Assembly (NCBI GenBank): GCA_030704615.1
Contig: CM060733.1
Location: forward strand, 38,564,001 to 38,628,000
Origin: Takakia lepidozioides
Lineage: Eukaryota > Plantae > Bryophyta
Reading direction: 5' to 3'
DNA length: 64,000 nt
The translations under genes were made by a program, and so were the position numbers. The notes under the pieces were generated by a model that made no database searches, was not told the DNA's origin, and saw nothing but the letters and a program-made list of their open reading frames with translations. Positions 1 through 12,500 of the stretch are shown in pieces (position 1 is the stretch's first letter; each line of letters starts with the position of its first letter).

Positions 1-549
1 GGTCATCACCTCGAACCTCACCACAGGAAAAACAATGATAGTCTGACTGGTCATCACCCCAGCCTCACCATCAACAACATGCTCTAGGACTGGCCGGTGA
101 TCAAATCCGGACCAATCACCTATAAAAACAAATGCCCACACAAAACTAACATGGCGCACAGTCAAGCATGCAGGTATGGAGGGGATCCAAACACAAGAAA
201 TCAGAACGACAACTTCCCCACACCAAAAACAACTCCACGGTGTTGCTCCTGCAAGGACACCCCAGCCCAAACCCGGACTGACTCTTGCCTCCACCTATGG
301 AAAGGTCTTGGCCTAGTGAGAGGGTGGAAAACTACGAGGAAGAGAAGCTAAAGCAATGCCTAACCCCAGCATGCCCTCATCCCAACACTCTTATTCTCCT
401 CTCTTCCCTCACTTGCATGACCATTGAAATATCATGAAGATACTCCTCAAACCGCCCTCCACGAGTTTCAAAATTTGGCCTTCAAGACCACATGCTAGTC
501 CTCAGGTAGTCCATCAGTGCCTCCACGAGTTAACATAGGCCGTCCACAT

Positions 550-945
550 GTCAACACGGGCCACCACAGACCAGCACAGGCCCACATAGATCACTGGTCA
601 CAGCCGTCACAACCCCACACAGGCCACAGGCCACAGGTCACAGCCTGTCACAGCCCCAAAGGCCACATGGCACAGCCTGTCACAACCCCTCACAGCCCAT
701 CAAAGCCCCACAGGCCACAAGTCACAGCCTGTCACATCCCGTCACGGCCCCAAAGGCCATAGGCACAGCCTGTCATAGTCCCTCACAGCCCCACAGGCCA
801 CAGATCACAGCCTGTCACAGTCCCCCACAGCCCCAAAGGCCACAAGCACAGCATGTCACAGCCCTATACAGGTCACAGGGGTCACAGCCCCAAAGGTCAC
901 AGCCTGTCACAGCCCTACACAGGTCAAAGGGGTCACAGCCCCATC
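550..945. repeat. Imperfect minisatellite (core CACAGCCTGTCACAGCCCC / GGCCACAGGTCACAG)
   Basis: The motif cacagcctgtcaca and variants recur many times between about 590 and 940. Confidence 0.9.
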
Positions 946-1379
946 CATGGCCACTCATGACAGTTTAGCCATTTCTCCAAGGGGTTTAGGTCCAAGCTAG
1001 GGTTTGTGTCTCTTGGACTCTAGGCTTCTTTGCACCGAGCTATGGCGGCTGTGAGGAAATCAGCAAGGTATTCTTGCTCTTTGTGGCCCCTACACACCAC
1101 CAATAGTAGCTCTAATTCCAAAGGAAGATGTTTGCAACCGAAACTAAGTGTACAAGCTTCATTTTAACTCACAAAACAACGTCATTGATCCCTATGGCGA
1201 CTAACCAAACATGGCTGACTTCCAGCCCTTGTAGGCACTTATTCATGCGCTCTCCATGGCCATAGAATGTGTCTTAGAGCCTATTCCAGCCCCCTACACC
1301 TGCCACTTCAAGAGCCATGCTCTATCTAGGCTTGTAGTTGAAACCCCAACTCAGAACACGCTCTACAAGTGTCGGACTG

Positions 1380-1705
1380 TCACATAAGAGCAGATCAGCC
1401 CCTTACCTTCTCTTCTAGCTCTCCAAAGCTTAAAGATGGAGGCCTAACTAGGCTGAATGCATGCTCCACACATGCCCTACAAGGGAACCAACTCCTTCAT
1501 TCCTTTCTTGCACTCCCAAACCTGAAAATGCAAGCCTTCAACGGGCTGAAAGCATGCTCCACACATGCGTTGCCCTCACATAAGAGAAGTCAGCCCTTCC
1601 CTCTTCCTTGCTTGCCCTCCAAGCTTGAAGATGGAAGCTTCAATGGGCTGCATGCATGCTCCACACATGCATCCTCTTCACACAAGAGGTAATATTAGCC
1701 CCCTA
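1380..1705. repeat. Three diverged ~95-110 bp tandem units
   Basis: GCATGCTCCACACATGC occurs three times (~1459, 1552, 1654), each preceded by an AAGCTT(A/G)AAGATGG-like block. Confidence 0.8.
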
Positions 1706-2840
1706 TCTTGGCTCCTTGGCTCCTTGATGCTCTCTAAGACAAGACTAAGCACTCCACAGCCTTTGTCAAGCTCCTGAAACCCTAAGGCTTACATTTCCAG
1801 CCACAAGACACTCCTCTTGTGGTGCAAGAGCTCTTCTTCCAAGCTCTGAAACCCTAGGTGCACATTCCATGGCCTTGCCGCACCTCTTAGCTCCTGTTCT
1901 AGCCCTGCTCTTGCCATGACAAGAGCCCTCTCAATGCTGAAGCTCGAGATTGAAACCCAATCTCAATATACTCCACAACGTGCACTGATTTGCCCCAAGC
2001 CAAATCAGCCATTTCGCTTGGTCTTGCAATCCTTCACACAATGAAAGCTCACATTCCCAAGTCCAGTTCTCAGCTTTGCCATCAAAGCCACTATAACCTG
2101 CTCTTGACTGGTCCTCTTTCCCAATCGTGCTTGCTCATGCATGTACACAATCTGAAACCATCAAGGTGCTCTGGAATTACCTGCAGCATGGTGCTTTCAT
2201 CTGAAGCTGAAGATCGAATGCCAAGGTCTACCACCTCATAACCCACATCGCCTCCGCTTTTAACAACCAAGGGCTCCACGGTGCTCCTTGCATAACAACC
2301 TGATTTCTCTCATCCTCAAGCAAAAACCACAAGTGCTACAACTAACTCGTATCTGGCACTCACAGATACGAGCTCATCTTTCTCGAGTGATAAAGAAGAA
2401 GAATACAAGCACAAGCTCATGCAAGCTCACAAAGCTGAAGCATAAACTCATGCATATATAACCTCATCACTCAAATACAAGTCAAGCCAAGTGCACCCCA
2501 CGCCATGGGGAATCCACACTTCGGCGCCATAGCTAGGCGCGGTGAGGCTCAACTCGAGAAAAATGAGCCTCCCACGCTTGCCGTGAAGATAACCACTCCA
2601 AGGCCTAAATTGGCCTTGACCCCTGGATTGACACTTGGGCCAATCCCAAATGTCATTATGTAAAAGCTAGCTATTTCCTAGCTAGTTTTACACTAGTGGT
2701 AAAATAACTTGACAGTACCCCAAGTTATTACTAGGTTAAGAACTTGGCTATACTATGTTGGTAACTGTTGATTTTGCCTAGGTTTTGAGATTTTGACCCA
2801 GTGTATTTAGGACCCACTGGTATCAACAAATTTTTTTCTC

Positions 2841-4137
2841 CGAGATAATTATAAACTGCTGGTTTCAAAAATATAGGTACTTGCCGCCAATTCTAGCCAT
2901 CATATATTGAAAATGCAATACCTCATATACGGTTAAAGTGAAGCAATACATCCAACATTTAAGCTTCATACAAACCAAATTAAATTTTCCTCGCTTTAAA
3001 GGGCCTTCCTCCCCTTTTTATTAAAAATAAATAAAAATAGAATCATGAATAAACACTATGAACATATCATCTTGAAGAATGCAATTTGACCATATAAATA
3101 TTGCTTGGATGTCTGAAGCTTTTCAATGACCTCAAAATTATCGTTGAGATAAGAAATCTGTAATTGCATCTTCAGAGGTAAGAAGTAATCAGACATGAAG
3201 TACAAATCAACTAGCTTCACAAGATGCCATTCTGCACACCAATAGTCACTTTGTTCAGCTAAAGTCAATGCACCTATCATAGTGAGAGATTGAGCGATGC
3301 TAGACTGTTGCTTGTACGTCTTACCAATTGGCAACTGCCCAGCTTCTGTTTTTCCTCCTGGCATACCACCATACATTGATAAAGCCCCTTGTGACATGAT
3401 ATTTTCAAACAATTTTGTATATTTATAAATATTTTATAAAGTTTTTATTCCCTTCCCTTCTCTCTCCACCTTTTGTCAATCATTTTATGATGTATATTTC
3501 GAAAACTTTTGCTACATTCTTTCTTCATTAATAAAAACTTAGTGAATTTATTTCCCTCACCCCTTCTAAATAGCAATTATATCGACTTAAATTGAAGCGA
3601 CCGCCATATTAAAATCATAAATCTTATAACTGTTCTGTTTTATCTCTCTCCTCCATTTAGCACTTAGTTACCATTCATCACTGGTAGTGCGGAGCATCGC
3701 GAAGCCCTAATATGAAATTTTCAAAATACTATGGACAAATCGTCATTTTGGGGATTATTTTGGTACAAAAAAGTCCATAGTGTCTTGATGGATGGATGTA
3801 ATTGTTCACAAATTTATATTTGTATTCAAACATTGTGTATCTAGTTGTAAAGTCTATATATGAATTGGTTTTGCACAAATAGGTTTTCCAGATGGCATTG
3901 ATGGACTGTGACAGTCCATTGGAATTCCCTGTAAAAGTCCATAGCTTCATGAGATTTAATCCAAATTCCAAAATAATTGTACCCACATGTACATATGGTA
4001 AGTGGCTAACCCATTCTAAGTCCATTTGCTATGAACATATACTTATGTGTATAGGGTGAAGAATAATATAACAAGCAGTCAGTCGAAAACTGCAAATTGC
4101 AGTCCAAACTGAGCCACTCTAGTCTGCATCTACCCAA
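2841..4137 (-). mobile_element. Non-autonomous TIR DNA transposon, copy 1 (~1.3 kb), with a possible transposase relic
   Basis: 3709-4135 is the reverse complement of 7422-7861. The left end (cgagataattataaactgctggtttcaaaaa) resembles the reverse complement of the far end of copy 2 (taggataagtgcaggctacactggctcaaaaa). It cuts the gypsy integrase at ...KMIHIRP. Confidence 0.7.
3056..3412 (-). pseudogene. Possible hAT-like transposase fragment inside the TIR element
   Basis: The 118-aa frame has 'SQGALSMYG..PGG' (resembling DGAxxMxGxxxG) and 'WCAEWHLVKLV' (resembling CxxHxLxL), in the order seen in hAT catalytic cores. Weak, by-eye match. Confidence 0.35.
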
Positions 4138-7100
4138 TGGGACGGATGTGTATCATCTTACTCAATTTGTCTACAAAGACCACTATAGTGTCGTATCCTG
4201 ATGAGGTTTGAGGTAACTCACAAACTACATCCATGCTCATATGTTCCCAACGTCTGTTTGGTACTGGTAGTGGTTGTAAAAGACATGTTGGCTTGCGATT
4301 TGTTGACTTGTTTTGTTGACATTTCATGCAACTTCGAACGTACGCCTCCACCTCGTCTGGCCTCCATGACCAATAAAATGTTCGTTTAAGTTGTTCGAAT
4401 GTTTTTTCAACTCCAACATGTCATGCTATCGCTGTATCGTGAGCTTCAAACAAGACTTCTGTCTTCAATGCAAGTTTATCAGGGATCCAAAGTTTACCTT
4501 CCTTGAATACCAACCCTCGAACTTTTGTCACGTTTCTCTTCTTCTTAGCGTCCACAATCTCCCCATCATCTTTAGAAGCCTTCGCTATCTTGTTCCACCA
4601 ATTGGGTTGAATGTTGATATCTGTCAATATGTTCATGCGCGACATCCTTGTCATTGCATCCGCTAATTGCCGTTTTCCCTCCACATAGACGATCTTCATG
4701 TTAAATTGTTGTCGTCACTCCGCCCAACGAATTTGTCTCTTCGATAGATCTTTCTGTGTCTCCAAGTACACCAACGGTTTATGGTCTGTCTCCACTACGA
4801 ACTCTTTGTCTCCAAGATAGTGCTTCCAATGTTTTGTAGCCAAAATAATAGCCAATTCTTCTCGTTCGGTTGTATAGTAATTCTGTTCCGCATGTAACAA
4901 TTTGTGAGAAAAATATGCTAGTGGATGCCATCCGTCTTCACATTCTCGTTGTAACACCCCACCTACTATCGAGCCTGACGCATCTATCGAGAGCTTGATT
5001 CGTCTTGTCGGATCATACCATTTCAAGATCAGGGCATGAAACAACGCATCATTCAAGGCCTGAAATGCCAATTCATCTTCTGTAGCCCATTTCCATCTAA
5101 TTCATTTGCCCAAAAGATTTGTCAATGGTTGGGCAATCTTCGAGAATGCCTGTACAAATCGTCTGTAGAATCTGGTAAGGCCAAAAAAACTCCTTAATTG
5201 GATAATGTCTTCAGGGGTTATTCAATGCTGAATAGCTTCTATTTTCTCAGGTGCAATAGCGAAAAAAACAGCTGGAACTCTCAGTTTTTTTTAATTAAAA
5301 TAATATATAGAGAAGCTTTCATCACCTTAATTCCCATCCTACTCACGCGATGCCCAAGATAATTTACTTCTTGTTTTCCAAATTCACATTTAGATGCTTT
5401 GGCATATAGCTGATTCTCACGGAGAACTTGTAATACTTGTTTGAGGTGGTTTCTATGCTCGATAAGGCTTTTACTGTAAATCAAAATATCATCTAAAACT
5501 ATCACAAATCTATATAAAAATTGGCGAAAAATATCATTCATGAGGCCTATGATTGTGGCTGGGGCATTGGTAAGACCAAATGACATAACTATGTATTCGA
5601 AATGTCCATACCCAGTGCGGAAGGCGGTCTTATATACATCTTCATCAGCAATCCGAATTTGATTGTATCCACTCCTCGAATCCAGCTTCGTAAAGTATTT
5701 TGCTCCTTGCAGTTGGTCAAATAGATTGTCTATGCGTGGTACAGATACTTATTCTTCACCGTCTGCCGATTGAGAGCTCGATAATCAATACACATCCGCA
5801 TTGCTCTATATTTTTTCTTCACAAACAACACCAGCGCTCCATATGGGGGATACACTTGGTCTTATAAAGCCATTCGATAGTAAGTCCTCCACTTAAGCCT
5901 TACATTCTTCCAACTCGTTTGGTGCTAATCGATAAAGAACTTTATAAGAATGAGTACTACTTGGAACAACTTCAATCTTATAATCTACTATTCTCTTTGA
6001 CGGGAGCCGTAATGATAGATCATCTGAAAATACATCTTTGAATTCTGTCAATACACTCTGTAATTCTATAGAGACCTCACTTATGTCTTTTTTTGGATTT
6101 TCCACGTCTCTTATTAAACCTACAAATAATAAGTCTTTCTTATATATAGCTGTAGTACCTATAACAAAAGATGGTAGATTTTGATATGGTGTCCTCATTT
6201 TATCTCCCCATATTTTTCAGTTCTGGGTTTTGACTATCTTTCGACGCCAATCAACATCAGGATTGTGAGATTCCATCAAAAGCATGCCTAATATTAAGTC
6301 ATATCGAGCTAGTCTGACCACTCACCATTCTAAAGTTTCTCTATATTTACCGATCGACAACTCTATGCTTTTAGGTAGTGTCTCAATGATATCTGTATGT
6401 CCATTTGACATTTCTACTTCATTTTTTTCATCTTTTTCCAATATAAATCCTAATTTCAAAGCAACATTTTTAGATAAGAAGTTTTCGGTTGCGCCAGGGT
6501 CTATCAATACTCTCACATGAATATCTTCCAAGTAACATCTACCACAATTAACTGCGTTTCTTTCTTGCCCGCATGATTGATCCGTTTCTTCTCATTGTAG
6601 GACCTTTCGTCTTTCCTCTTATTTGTAGAATTAGTAAGACCGTGAGGTCTACTTACTGGTTGTCTTCGTTTTCCTGCTCATTGTGATGGTCGTCATCTTC
6701 TCTTCTCCCTAAATTATGAAGAGGTCGTCGATAAGTTTGTCGATTGTACCTTCCACTTCGACAGTTGGCCGCAAGATGTCTGTATTTTCCACAGTTGTAA
6801 CATTGTCTGGTTTCCCTTTGTCTTTCTGTTCGTGGGAATGTTGAGGAGGACAAATCTTTACCATTCGGTTTCATTCGTAGTTGTGTGTTATCTTCCCCAT
6901 ATCTGATTCCCAGTCTATTTCTTTGAAAATATTGGAAGTTATTTCGTCTTCAAAGATTCCCAAGCTCCATAGGCGTTGATCCGTACTGGTTCAATGAAAC
7001 ATGTGTATCCTCGTCGTATCTTGGTAGCGCCCCTTCAATCTTTTTGGCCAATGAAATCGCTTCGTGGACATCAACCGGATTGTGTAAAATCACTTCACCT

Positions 7101-7419
7101 TGAATTTTCTTCATCAATCGTTTTTTGAAATTGTCTAATGCGTCTACACGACTCATGTCTTCGATCTGGACTTGAAGGTTAAAAAAATCCTCAACATAAC
7201 TCTGCACACTGCCTCGTTGTTCCAAATTTCACAATTTCATTCGAGCAGTTGTGGTCGCATCCACTTCCTTGAATTGTTGGAGCAGTCCCGCTTTCAAGGC
7301 GCTCCATAGCAAAGGTTCTCCTTTCGCGATCCGTCTTCTCTCCCAAGTCTGTAACCATGTTGAAGCATTGTCGAGTAGAAAAGAACGTATGAATATTTCG
7401 TGGTCCAAATCGCTTGATG

Positions 7420-8183
7420 TAGGGTAGATGCAGACTAGAGTAGCTTAGTTTGGACTGCAATTTGCAGTTTTCGACTGACTGCTTGTCATATTATTTTTCA
7501 TCCTATATACATAAGTATACATTCATAACAAATGGACTTAGAATGGGTTAGCCACTTACCATATGTACATGTGGGTATAATTATTTTGGAATTTGGATAA
7601 AATCTCATGAAGCTATGGACTTTTGTAGGGAATTCCAATGGACTGTCACAGTCTATTTAATGTCCCAAATGCCATATGAAAAACCTATTTGTGCAAAACC
7701 AATTCATATATGGACTTTACAACTAGATACACAATGTTTGAATAGACACAAATATAAATTTGTGAACAATTTCATCCATCCATCAAGACACTATGGATTT
7801 TTTTTAATCCAAAAAACCCCAGAATGACGATTTGTCCATAGCATTTTGAAAAACTCATATTTGAGTGGAGATCTTTGCTAAGAATATATATATTGTTATT
7901 GTCTCTAGAGCTTATTGTTATATGGACATAAACTACAAGATAATAATAAATAGCTATTATTTCTAAATAAAGGAAAATAAATTAAAATATATATATAATA
8001 AAAAATATCTCAAATATTTGAGATGAGACCATTTACTAGATGATTAGTATACTATTATTTATGAAGATAAAAATATATTTGAACAAATATCCTTAAATAA
8101 AAATTTAATTAATTTTTTTTCATGGATTTTTACTGGAGGGCACATCTGCTGTTTTTGAGCCAGTGTAGCCTGCACTTATCCTA
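7420..8183 (+). mobile_element. Non-autonomous TIR DNA transposon, copy 2 (764 bp), inserted in gag of element A
   Basis: Imperfect TIRs (TA)GGGTAGATGCAGACTAGAGTAGCTTA ... TGAGCCAGTGTAGCCTGCACTTATCC(TA). Removing 7420-8183 restores a continuous gag frame (YFPTSSDLDHEIFIRSFLLDNASTW). Confidence 0.85.
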
Positions 8184-9120
8184 TAGGGAAGTATGACAAA
8201 TATACCTCCATTCGATAAATCTACCCTTCTAGTACTCCCATGACGCGACTTCCTTTGTACGGCTCGACTTTGCACGTCTTGATCATTTTTTGCAGTAATG
8301 TATCTGATTAGCCAGCAACAAGTCCCGGGGTGGCTGATTGTCTTATTTGTTTAAGCTCCTCCATCAACACATTGTTGTTTTGGATCGTGACAAGAACATT
8401 CTGCAAGTCGTATAAGCGCTTCATTATCCACACCGTCTAGTCATTGACTTGATGAGTAGTAGTGTGTGCGATCTCTTCGTTGTCCACCATCGTGCTCTAC
8501 TACTCCTTGCTTCGTGGTATTTATCTTCCAAGATTGTATACTAAATTTATTCTCCTATCCTAATATAGTATGTAAATTATACAATCCCAAACCATCTCGT
8601 ACGTGACTATTGGTAATACAAAAGGAACGTTTGAACTCATGACAATGTTCATGAATTCTACTCCAAATTCTGCAACTAAAAACCTTACAAGATGATGTTT
8701 ATTAATGACGTGCACATTGATACTGAATACGTTTGGCGGTGGAAAATTAGGTGGTAAGTATCTACCTCACTCCATGGGCTACGTATATACACATATGTAT
8801 ACCCTCCAATTTCTAATTATAGGAAAGACAATAGGTCATGGATCTTGTAACACTTCTTGATATCGTTCCTCTCCAAATCTCCGTACTATCATATCTCTAA
8901 TCTTTGCCTTATGACGACATATAACTTTAAATTCACACTCCGAAGGAAAATCACTAACGGGGAGCCGATTTAAATCCATAAAATTTTATCCTATTGTTAT
9001 GACGCACCATCACTACTACCTATTATTGCATCCGTCAAATAAATTGACAACCATAAAAAAAAAAATCTTAATCGTATTCTCCCAAAGATGGTATTTACTC
9101 TCAACTTCAAAAAACACTAG

Positions 9121-9132
9121 GCTTTGATACCA
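9121..9132 (-). other. Primer-binding site (tRNA-iMet type) of element A
   Basis: The - strand reads TGGTATCAAAGC (canonical TGGTATCAGAGC), 1 nt after the LTR end ...TGTTACA. Confidence 0.85.
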
Positions 9133-9133
9133 T

Positions 9134-9522
9134 TGTAACATCCATGATTTACACAGACTATAATTGAAATGCTTGTCAATTTTTTCCCAAAACACTCGAT
9201 GTCTTCTAAGCTTTCATTGCAGGTTTATATACCCTTCACATTATGATTATTTTAAAGGTTTGACTGGAGAGCCTCAAGTCAAAACTTCTTAAAGTCAATC
9301 TTCCTAGGTTTGACATATTCTCCACAATATGACTTTCTCAAACATTTGACGTACTCTTCATAATATGGATATCTTATAGATTTGATTTGAGAGCCTAAAG
9401 TCAAACTTCCTTAAGTCAAACTTTCTTAAGTCAAACTTCTTATGAACCTTCCTAATTATTTTGGAAACTTCTAGGGAACTTTCCTCCTCCATCTAGAACC
9501 TTCTAGATTCTACCCTGTTACT
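9134..9522 (-). repeat. 5' LTR of element A (~390 bp)
   Basis: Inverted termini TGTAACA ... TGTTAC(T), adjacent to the PBS, with internal AAGTCAAACTT repeats. Confidence 0.75.
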
Positions 9523-12500
9523 AACTTCCATGAACAAACTCTTCATAGTCATGTTTTTGATGTTTCTTTTCATAATTTCTGGCCTGCTGCTTTTGGCCCC
9601 TCTTCACGTTGCTCATTATTTGCTTATGCAATTGAGTTAGGAACTTTATGTTATCGTACATCATGGTGGCTATGGCCTCCAGGTAGTCCTCCTGTTCGGC
9701 TGGCTCTAGTAACCTTCCCAGCCTGTTATCAATTCCCAAGCGATGGACTCTCCCCGTGAGCATCTGGTATGGCGAGAACCTGGTGGTGGCTTGGGTTCCC
9801 ATATGATAACCCATGAGGGTTTGATACAGATTATTGTCCCAATCCTTGCCATTTTCTACTCCCAAAGTAGTGATGCTCATCTTGAGAGACCTGATAACCT
9901 TTTCCACCATGCCATTGCACTGTGGCCAGTAAGGAGCACTATGTTCTCGTTTGATACCATATTTTGAACAATCAAACTCTGCCTTCCACTCGGTCCCATT
10001 ATCTGTAAGAGTAGAATGTGGGCATCCATACCTGCTCACAATTTCTTCTTCAAGAAATCTGGCTGTCAGAAGGGCTGTATGGTCAGCCACGGGCTTGGCC
10101 TCCACCCACTTGGAGTAGTGGTCAATGGCTACCAAAACATACTTGTTGCCTCGGGAAGTCTCAGGTAGTGGACCTGCAGTATCCATGGCTATGCGGTAGA
10201 AAATATCCACAGCAGGGATATTATTCAGCCTGGATGATCCTGACCTCAAAACCCTTTTGTCTTTGGCACTTTGGCACTGGTGGCATCCCTGCAACATCAT
10301 GCGAACTTGACTCATTCGATTGTGCCAAAAATAACGCCTTGAAACCTCATCATGAGTCCTCTTGACACCAAAATGTCCCATTGCTGAATGAATCTCTCTA
10401 ATTATGGAATCTCGATCCCTCTTGGGAGGCACCAGTTTTCCTTCATGAAAAACATCTCATTTCTCATACGTGTACTTGATGGCCCTCTGCAGCACTCTCT
10501 TTCGTTCATTCTTGTCCAAATAGTCATTGGTGAAACCAAAAGTGAGGAAGTGCATAACTTGTACATCATCCATGATGTCTTCATGCAGCTCCTCTCCTTG
10601 GGGTGTACAGAGAATGCAAAACTCCTCATCCCATTGATCAGCCTCCATGATCAAGGCCTGCAGCTCTGCTTTGGTTGGCGTAGACCACAATCTCCTTGAG
10701 GTTTCCCTCTGTACAATGGGCTCATAGTGTTCTCGTGTCTTCATCCTTTGACTTCCTGTGCTCCAGCAAGGTTCCTTGATCCCATGTTCTGCTTGCTGTT
10801 CTTGATTGCTGCAGGAACTACCACTGTGAGTGTTGGCTTCCCTGATGAAAATCTCATCTTCTTCCTTGCCTCCAGACACTCCTCCTTTATTGGAGCTAGT
10901 TCCCTCAGATGATACTGGTGCTCCCTTATCTGAAACTGATGAAGATGTGGTCAGGCTCTGCAGTGGCATCTGCTGCCGCTATTGTCGAGTTTGAATCACA
11001 TTGATAGATGGTATTGCCGGGAAGTCCCTCCTGTCGCCAGGCCTGCTTACCACTCTTGACTGATGCTGCCCAAGGCAGGGCCTTCAATGCACATACTGGA
11101 AACACTCTCATTACTAGGTAACCATTTCAATATGTTGGATCCAATCCTGGGATCCCAGATGTCTCGCTTGACACTCAGACTACCATCCTCACTTTTGATT
11201 TTTCCCTTGAGATCTCTCACACGACTATAGAAGCACTCATTGATCCCCTCTGAATATTGCAGTCCATCCATTCACTGCCAGTCCTCACTTTGTTCTCTCA
11301 TTTTCTCTCTGTCTGGACTGTAAGTAGTGTCCCAATCATGACAGGCTGACCCCCCTTGACTCTCATACAACTCATCTGAAGGACCTGTCAACATCTCTTC
11401 TTCACATTCTGTTCCGGGACCCTTATCCTTGGAAGCCTCAAGCTCCACACCATCAACTACTTCTTCCAAGTAACATATATATTTTCTCTCACTCATCCCA
11501 TTTTTCTCTCAATCTCACCAGGACTATCCCACGTTCCCTCTCCTACAAACTGAAAAGATAAATTCTTTAACCCATTGGCACCAGTGTGGTACCTAGAAAG
11601 TATCCATCCAAATGCATCCAGCTCTGTCTGAACCAAGAAATGCCTTCCCTGCAACACCTGTCTGTAATACGAGAATGCCCACACACAAATAAAATACTCT
11701 TCCCTCATGCAATCCAGCTTGCTCCCTTCATGTATAGCCTGTAACTCCTTGTAGGCCCACGAAACGATTGACCTATCAGTGGTACCACACAAGTATAAAG
11801 TAGTCTCTCTCTGCTGAACCTCTATGGAGAGTAGATATATACTTGGGTCACTCTCACTTAGCTCTACTGGCAGAATAGGCACAGTGCTATTTACCTCCAA
11901 TTCCTCTGATTCTTGGGTTGCCCCCACAGAGTATCTGTTCAAAGCGTCGACGTTAGAGTGCTTGGAACCAGCCCTATGAACTATCTTGAAATCAAAGTCT
12001 TATAACATCATAATCCATCTCCCTCTCCTACCATAGGCGTCACTCACCGTGGCCAACCACTCCAGTGGTTTGTGGTCAGTTCTGATAATGAAATGGGTGC
12101 CATACAGGTACTGCCGAAAATGAATGACACCCCACACTAGGGCATAGCATTCACCCTCCATGGGGTGATACTTCTTCTGGGCCTCAGACAAGGCCTTACT
12201 GGCATATGCAATTACTTGCTCCCTTCGCTGATTCTTTTGAGAAAGAATGGCCCCAATACGTTTCCGAGACCAGTCCACATCAAGAGTAAAAGGTTTTGAA
12301 AAATCAGGATGAGCAAGCACTGGTGCAGTCAACAAACGCAATCTCAATGACTCAAAAGCATTCTGAGCATCAGCATTCCACTTGAAGACAACATCCTTCT
12401 TGGTGAGGTGGAACAAGGGCACACGAATGATGGAAAATCCCTCAACATATATTCTGTAGTACCCACAGATTCCCACAAACACCCTCACACCAGTAGCATT

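Larger units (their letters stand above)
1..2828. mobile_element. Probable long LTR (or LTR-proximal segment) of an LTR retrotransposon, running off the left edge of the window
   Basis: No credible coding frame. Contains internal tandem repeats. Ends sharply in ...TGGTATCAACA at 2828 (TGTTGATACC... on the - strand, a TG..CA-type terminus), where composition switches abruptly to AT-rich. Confidence 0.45.
4138..9522 (-). mobile_element. Decayed Ty3/gypsy (chromovirus-like) LTR retrotransposon A: 5' LTR, PBS, gag, protease, RT, RNase H, truncated integrase
   Basis: Gag runs from ~8490 (..LEG*IYRMEVYLSYF.., zinc knuckle CYNCGKYRHLAANC). Protease LIDPGATENF; [21 protein letters not shown]; RNase H DASGS..ETDHKPL; integrase CMKCQQNK..WEHMSMDVV..VFVDKLSK. 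Many stops and frameshifts. Confidence 0.93.

Noticed and set aside
550-945. CRISPR-like array
   Set aside because: Degenerate head-to-tail minisatellite without unique spacers, in a eukaryotic context with no cas genes.
2818-2828. tRNA-Met PBS (TGGTATCA) on the + strand
   Set aside because: It continues ACA rather than GAGC and no internal domain follows; better read as an LTR terminus.
3709-7861. Single Pack-MULE with 430-bp TIRs capturing gag-pol
   Set aside because: Gag continues in frame beyond 8183, and each arm belongs to a separate TIR element whose terminus faces the gypsy sequence.
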